A DNA stretch of 64,000 bases from Eledone cirrhosa (taxonomy: Eukaryota): the NCBI GenBank assembly GCA_964016885.1, contig OZ024740.1, positions 383,160,001 to 383,224,000 of the forward strand, in the 5' to 3' direction. Made by a program: the position numbers and the translations under genes. This document shows positions 55,656-64,000 of this stretch, piece by piece. Positions within the stretch are counted from its first letter, which is position 1; each line of letters starts with the position of its first letter. The notes below the pieces were generated by a model, which saw nothing but the letters and a program-made list of their open reading frames with translations, was not told where the DNA came from and did not search any database.

Positions 55656-58243
55656 CTGTTTATTATTTATACACATTTAGTGCTTAAAATATTTAGGCTA
55701 AGGATTTAACGACTGTATTTTTCGGAACATCAAAAGCCTTTTAGATTTAATTTTATAGTAAGCGATCAAACGTCAACACAAGTAAATGTTATATCTTACT
55801 AGAGCAACATATTTTAATACGATTAGTATTTATTCATTTAGATATTTAGATATTTTGATTATGTTTTCTTGATGTTACATAAAATGCAAATTCGGATTTT
55901 GCAAATGTTAATCATGCTATAGAGGCTGACATGTAATGTTCTACCATTTAATTTAATGAGCAACTTACTAACAAACGTGTTCTACTTCATTGACTTGATG
56001 TCACTTCTAACTACTATTTCCTCATTTTACATCTATAGCAAATTACTTAAAATCTACCAGAATAGACCATCCTCCCTATTGTATATATAATCTCTGAGCT
56101 TATACGAAAACTCCTCTTGAATTTCGTCCCCTTCGTCGCTTCCATTTCTCTCCTCATTGATGTTAATGTTCTCAAATTCCTCTCCTTATTACTCATACGC
56201 AATTATTTTCTTCCTCTTTGTTTTCTAATCCTTCCAGGTTTTATATCATCTTTTCTACATTTCTAATGTTCTAATTTTCTAATTTTCTCACTTCTTATTT
56301 GTAATCTAGAAAGATAAATCTAAACAACACGAATTACAAATATAAATAAAAGTGAGGGGAGAATGCATATGAAGATTACCAAGAGACGATTTATCACTGC
56401 CGCCCGAAATGGAGCAGGGGGACCATTAAATGTTTGTGACAGGGTATATGTGGAACGTTAGATATGCTGATTACATGAAATATGTCTGTGTAATAAGAGC
56501 TAGGCGTGGACTACACAAATACTTCAACCATTCCGCTTCCCGGAGGATTGGCCATTAATGAACCTCCTTGCAATTTCATGTTGCTTTATTCTTAACTATT
56601 CATTTCGGAATCCATATAATGTAATATATATTGCACTAATTCAAATATTTTGTTAGCTCAATAGATTTAAAATATTAATACATGTTTACAAAGTGTAAAA
56701 TAATTCGTATAAATTCAACAGGAGAACCATAATACGAAATTGCTTTTCTAAGTTACATATTTTAAAGAATATCTGAGTAAATTCAATTTAAAAGTCAGAG
56801 CAATGTAATGGTAATTAAGAAGTTAACAAAATATCACAATTTACTTCTAAGTGAAACATGTTTTCACATAATGAATGTTTTTATAATTAGCTATGAACAT
56901 TGATGTTAGAAAATTAAAAGACATTAATCCATGGAAAAATGAACTGCAGGAATATAGATTCTGTGAACATAACTGCGTTTGCATATACGCCCCCCCCCCC
57001 ACACACACTCATACATACACACATGCAGACTCATACATAAGCACATTTGCACATACAATCACATCCCGACATACGCAATATCCACTGTGATATTCATATA
57101 TACGTTCCTAGATGCATCCGAAGCACATATTTACTCTCAAAGCCATCAAATCTAAAATAGTTCATAGTAAATTTTGAAACATCGAAATATATTTAGGCTT
57201 ACAGAAACGTAAACCTTATGATATGAAACAACGCTGAAAGCAAATTTGACACACCTAATCGTGTGTCAATTTATGAGGTAGTTTATGGTTTATGAGAGAA
57301 ATATTTAAATGACAGTTATTCCTTCTTGTGTTTTTAACAAGGGAATTTATGTGAAGTAATATGATATTACGCAGGGTATTATTTCGTGTTTCATGCTTCA
57401 CATTTGCATATGACTCTATTTGCGTTTTCCAATTAATTCGGATATTCCAAATATATATAAAATATATTGCAAAACAACATATACAATACAAAATAATTTA
57501 CATATAATGATTAAATTTCGTTTTTCATGAAAGTTATATCAGAGGCTTCATAATGAAGCAAGGGATTCTTTCTAACTGTAATTAGATAGTAGAAAATATC
57601 AATTTTTTTAAAAATTTGTACAACTATTATTGAAATTCAGTGAGCACGTATTCGACTTTCCTTATTTAACATTTTCATAGGTTAGGATAGCTGTGATATT
57701 AAATCTGGAACGACACTACATTGCATTTCTTTGAGTTATATATGTTTACCCACAAACTTAGCACAAACGAGCGTCAAAATAGTGCAGCCTTTGCGTCTAT
57801 TTTCACGATAGTAGAGATACATTTCAAGGTGATCATCCTTTTAGAAGATAGAGCGACTATATAGGTTCACACTACCGTGTAGTTTCTTCTTGGTTCACTC
57901 AACATTTTGAAATTAAGATTGTTTGAACTTTAAACCGGCCATACCCGGCCAGAATTCTTTCACCTCTTTCTGTTCAAACTAGCATAATCGTTCGTTCATA
58001 CTGATTTTAAGGTATTGTTCACAAAATAAATACTATCAAAATCCTGTACCTTCGATTTTATGCGAGATAATTACGTGAGGTAAAGCCTTTACTGTGAAAA
58101 TATAATAGTAAATATAGAGTAATGTAAATGCTAAAGAGTTAAAGGAATAATCAGTATTTATGCACACCTTTCACTTATTTAATTACTTATTTGAGCATAT
58201 ATTTGATAGTTATTAAAAATAATTATTTTAAATTGTCCCACAG

Positions 58244-58260
58244 GTGTTAAGTCGCTATGA
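58244..58260 (+). CDS. Possible terminal coding exon ((G)VKSL*) phase-compatible with 53338-53446
   Basis: Acceptor aattgtcccacag|, phase-1 join gives a stop; AATAAA near 58869. Confidence 0.22.
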
Positions 58261-60549
58261 TGAAATAATACTACAGACACTTCCCCAAAACCTTCCACAC
58301 CTTACCCATCCATTTACTTCATTAATCCGACTCCTCTTTTCAGAGAGAGATTGTAGGTGATAACTAATATCATCCATGATTTAATATTTATTTCGCATAT
58401 CATATAATATAACCCCGCGTATTTTAGTGTTATTGTTGAATTCCGAATTCTACCTGCATGGTGTTCACTAAATATTCATTGACAGATATCCAATTGTGCA
58501 CACACAAGTTGCATATTTCTATTTTCTGTCAAACGACGTTGAACGTTGTGATCATATTTTAGTGTGTACCTGATAGCCTGCGCATATTAAACATTAAACA
58601 AGATATCAGGAATTTTATCAATTCACCTGAAATTTCTATCAGAAATGTTATCTTTAATTTTGCATCTTTTTCTGTATATTTGAATATTGATACGTGTCTC
58701 TTGACACATGTCTCATATTTAATATATTATTATCTCACTGTTGACATTTTAATATTTTCTTTTACAAAATTACCTTTTACATTTATTTATGTATATGAAT
58801 TCAACCAGCTTATTGATAGATATGCGGCATTATTTTTTATGTATTGATTTCTCTGCTATGTGATGTTGAATAAACGCCTTTAATAGCTACTGACAAGTTT
58901 GTGCATATTTGTCTGGAGACAACTTAGTTTAATGTACATAGGTACAGTGAGGTTCATGGTTAAGATGCAACGCTCTTTCTGTTCCCCCTCACTCTACCTT
59001 TATTTAATTTTTTACTAATATTTTTATAAAGATACGCACGCACGCACACACACTACACTCACGCACACACACAGACACTTATCCCCCCCGGTTTGCTACG
59101 TTGGTAAGTCGCGGGTAGTAATTGCCAGGTCAGGTTCAATGCTGACAAGAATCATAATTTGCTCAGTATCGTACACTGTAAAAGCTAGGAAAGCTATATT
59201 CCTTTGATGACCTATTACATCATCAAACCAAAACCCCAAATTCAAGTCCCATTGTGTTTTTATTTACCAAGTTTTCGTTGTCCTAACTTCTGAAGACCAA
59301 CAGAGAAAATATTATGTAACTATTGCTTGTTAAAGCATCAATATGTAGTTTTGGACTAATTCTATAGATAATACATCTTCGCTTAATTCTTGTGTCTAGG
59401 ACTATCGTTGGGTTAGAATACAAATTGATATTCAATTACATAATTATACTGCAATGAAATTGTACCATGGATGTGCTAAATAATAAACGCCACTGACAAT
59501 AAGTATGTACATTATGAATCTATAAGGCTCTCTCCGAATATTCACCATCTTTTCGCTTTTTACATGAAAAAGTAATATTTCCTCACAATGCACCATTTTT
59601 AATCAGTAAAGAGGCATATCATGTTGAATACCACGGCACACTGTGTCTGGGGAAATTAGGAAATGGTTATAGTTGGGAGCTGTTTAACGATTGGAGCTGG
59701 TCAAGTATGTAACGGTATGAAGCTATATTGGTTTGCTCATTTGTGGCCTACAAATTCTACATTGTCGCATATGAAATATGAACAGGAAAGAAGTGATGAA
59801 AACATACAAAAGAACAAATATCAGAGAAATGAAATATTCCTATATATGCCAAACTAAATCAAATCTAATCTGTTGGTCTTTTTTCAACGGAAAAAGGTCA
59901 ACGTTTCTATCCGAATGGACCACAATATATGGAAAATAGGTGGAAAATAATCCATATATATAAATAGTGATAACAAGAACCTATATACATTCGATAGAAA
60001 TGTATGCTGTCAGATTCATAGCCAAACAGCATAGACGTAAATATATGCACTAGAAGCACATAATAAATATACTAATATCATGTTAAACAAGAGTTCGTTA
60101 TTTCCTTGCAAGTTTGTGTATCATTGAATGCATATGTTTATACAAGGACGACAATAATATAAAATCAAATGTATCAGCCCACAAGCGGAATACAATAATG
60201 TGAAAACAAAATATATATATTGAGGAAGTTGTATAATGCCTATCGTATGATTAAATCGATCGACGAAGAACATGAAAAAATTAGATATGTTTAATTTTAT
60301 TCTAATAACGGAGTGGTGTTACATTTGTTGCTAAACTATCTTTTTCACATCTCTAATTCTATATATTTATTTCGTTGATAAATTCGTGACTAATCTACTT
60401 TTACTCTATCTGAATTTTCTCAGTCTTAATTTCTTCCTTTTTGTATAAGCACGCAGTAACCGTTACAAAAATAAAGATTTGGCAATAAACCAACGCAGAA
60501 AAATGTATAACAATGTGTATTCCATTGGATATGATGTAAAGGCTTCATT

Positions 60550-61420
60550 TACAATTTAATAAAAATTAGTTGGAATAGCAACGTGCCCCTTACCATCCTC
60601 AGGGAATACGCTGTCGACATTCTGCTGATGGACAATTTCCGGCCAGCACCTAGAGTTCTGAACACTGGAGAATGCGCCTCCATACTATTACGGCCCGTAT
60701 CATTGAGATAGTTGTGTTTTAGAATACCTTTGAAAGTTATAGCATGAGCAAAATCTCTATGAAAGATAGTTGAAAAAGAAAGGTTGAATGAAAAACAAGA
60801 TGAGTTGAGAAGAAAAATGTTGTATGGCCTGTTTGAAAGAGACACATATAACAAAAAATCTTGTGAATCATGGAAATTATTAAGAGACGAAAACCTGAAA
60901 AGGGAAACAGAAAGCTTACTAATAGCATTTTCCAGCATGTTTAATGCCATACTACTTGCATACTCTCCGCTCAACGGACAGATTGCAAGTAGTATGGCAT
61001 TACATATGCTGGAAAATGGTACTAGTACAAACAGAAACCTGTGGTAGAAAACGACCATGTTAAGATAGTGTGGATGTGAGAATTGAAATAGAGATCAAAC
61101 ACAAACGATGAAACATCGTAAGGATTGAGAAAACGGCATCTAAGCGTTTCATATTTGTCGTAACCTGTCCAGTGGATAGCAATTTAGCGGGAAATAGAAA
61201 TGATAAGTAAGGAATGACTCTGGTTGTGGGGTAGAAATAGCACGAACGTGGAATAAAAAATATGCATCTTCCCGTGGTGATTGGTGTTTTGGGGATCAAT
61301 GACCCCTGATTTTCATGACCATTTAAATAAACAAAACAAAATACGAGATGAGTACGCTTTAGAAATCAAGGCTCTTAGAAACATCACGTAATCTGCGAAC
61401 AGTTTTGTGTATTAGATGAG
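60550..61420 (+). mobile_element. Decayed R4/Dong-like LINE 3' part (RT thumb to REL endonuclease)
   Basis: LYGLFERDT..SWKLLRDENLKRETESLLIA; ENDHVKIVWM; FIFVVTCPVDSN; PVVIGVLG. Confidence 0.65.
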
Positions 61421-61754
61421 GAAAGCATAGTTCTCCTCTTTTAAAATGATGGTAAGCCTGATGTAGAGAACTAAGTAGCAAGGAGACTTTTATTCATACT
61501 TTCGTATTCATAATTCGAAACAACTTATATATTTAAATCGTAAACACCATATACTTCGAAAGTGTTTCATCTTCATCCCGGAAGAATTAAGGTGAGAAAT
61601 TATTGCGATGCCTACCAACATGCACTTTTATTCATTTTTCAGTTCTTGGTGAATATTCCTGAACTGTTTACCTTCATTTCTTTTACAACGAGTATATTTC
61701 AAATGACTTTGGCCAGTTTGTTGTCAATTTTACAAATAATCAGCGCTGGTACAA

Positions 61755-62010
<256 letters not shown>

Positions 62011-63235
62011 AAAGATTTAATCAATACTTTTGCTAACCTAAACCTTAAAATTACTATAGATAAAAACCTTACCGATGCTAAATTTCTTGACATTAATCTT
62101 GATCTACTTACTGCCTCTGTTAAACCTTATCATAAACCTAACGAAAATCTAGTCTTGCTATCCACCTATAGTTTTTAAAAAATCTTATTCCCAATATAAG
62201 CCGTACGATTTCTATCTTATCTTCGTCTCTAGACATTTTTAACAAACCGCCCCTTATTATAATAAAGCCCTTAATAACAGCGACTTTACAGAACACATTA
62301 AATATTTACCTACACCTCCCCATAAAACTAATCACAATAATAGGAAAAGGAAAATGATTTGGTTTACACCCCCCCCCCCCTTCTCTCTAACTGTCAAAAC
62401 TAATGTAGGAAGGAAATCCCTTGACCTCTTAGACAAACATTTCCCCCTAATCATAGATATTATAAGATATTTAATAGAAATGTAGTTAAAATCAGTTACT
62501 CTTGCTGCTCATCAATGAAGTCTAAAATCACCAATTCTAATCGTACGAGAATAAATCCAGGATGCAGTTGCAGGAAGCCGGATGAATGCCCATTAGAGAG
62601 CAAATGTAATACCGAATCCGTTGTATATGAGACCAAAGTGACACCTTTGATTAACAACAAGCCAGCCAGGAGTGAACGATATGTTGGCATGACTCAGGAC
62701 AGGTTCAAAACCAGGTTTTATGCACATGTCTCTTCTTTTAAACACTCTGATAAAAGAACAGCAACGGCTCTCGCAAATGTAGGAATTCAAAGATAAAAAC
62801 ATCCCGTACTCTATCGATTGGTCTATTTTAGACCACGTCGAGGGAATACCAAAGGGGCACAAAGAATTGTTCTTTGTGTACCACTGAAAAATTTAGAATT
62901 CTACAAAGCTTGAAAGCCACTTCAATTTGCCTGAACTCCAAGACCGATATCTTCAGATGTAGTCCTCACTTGAAATCACATCTGCTCTGTAACTGGATTG
63001 ACATTCCAAAGATGACTCAACCACCTTGAACATCTTCTCTGCTCTTTACGCCTTACATCCACTACGACTTTTATTACTCTCTGAACTCACTTTCTGTACA
63101 CTTATATGCTTTTTCTTCCTTATCTCCCCTTATATTTAAACTTTTGCCTATGTTATTTACTTTCCATATATCCCTCCCCCACTTTCTACCTTACCCTTTA
63201 CATACCAACATTTTTTATTTATAGATATTTATTTC
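62011..63235 (+). mobile_element. Fourth 5'-truncated PLE (RT C-terminus + GIY-YIG pseudogene to ~63030, pyrimidine-rich 3' UTR)
   Basis: KFLDINLDL, KPYHKPNE, RKMIWFTPP, GCSCRKPDECPLESKC, VVY...YVGMTQDRFKTRFYAH. Confidence 0.85.
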
Positions 63236-63347
63236 TGTGTGTATGTATGTGTTGTGTATATGCGTATATATGTATATAAATATATATGTGTGTTTATATA
63301 TATGTGTATATATGTGTATATAATTTTATATATATATGTATGTATAT

Positions 63348-63425
<78 letters not shown>

Positions 63426-63498
63426 TTAGATGTGTGTGTGTATATTAGTGTGTGGGTGTGTATATATGTATTTCTATATATAAATATATATATATACA

Positions 63499-63549
63499 AT
63501 AGCCGTGGACACGGCTTGAGCTCTGCCGTAGGGGTTATACATGTTCCTA

Positions 63550-63550
<1 letters not shown>
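63499..63550 (+). repeat. Fragment of the 26283/43581 family (HHR stem III region)
   Basis: atagccgtggacacggcttgagctctgccgtaggggttatacatgttcctat. Confidence 0.7.
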
Positions 63551-63624
<74 letters not shown>

Positions 63625-63864
63625 TTGTACGGTTGTGTGTGTGTGTGTATCTGTGTGTATGTATATGCATATTTACATACAGAGTGATTTAATGTTTATT
63701 TTCATTGATTATTTGCTCCAGGAATATGTTGAGTGCTCTAAATCAGCTATAAATATTTATACCTTTATCTATTTATTTATTTATTTATTATTTATCGTAT
63801 TCCCAACTATTTGTTTAGCCCTTCCACCTTTTTCTTTTTCCATAGATATAATATTTATGTATTT

Positions 63865-63946
<82 letters not shown>

Positions 63947-64000
63947 AGTGTGTGTATGTGTATATATACGTGTGTGTGTATATATGTGTGTATATATATA

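Overview
Very AT-rich, microsatellite-laden eukaryotic DNA, most likely intronic/intergenic sequence of an Octopus-type cephalopod (inferred from the SINE family and the repeat profile). Nearly all ORFs in the track are translations of (TA)n/(CA)n/(GA)n repeats. The window contains four decayed Penelope-like retroelements (PLEs; RT plus C-terminal GIY-YIG with a CxCx5C linker, resembling the (TA)n-targeting 'Hydra' group), two R4/Dong-like LINE fragments, an RTE-like 3' end, about 11 copies of a tRNA-derived Nin/Deu-domain SINE, and one or two candidate host exons. The main structure the ORF track misses is a dense set of type I hammerhead ribozyme (HHR) motifs from about 10 different repeat families. 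Almost all lie in fold-back (inverted) insertions within (TA)n tracts. Several carry the compensatory U3-A8 catalytic core, and one lies in a non-coding 467-bp tandem unit resembling a retrozyme. All calls were made by eye; no searches or folding programs were run.
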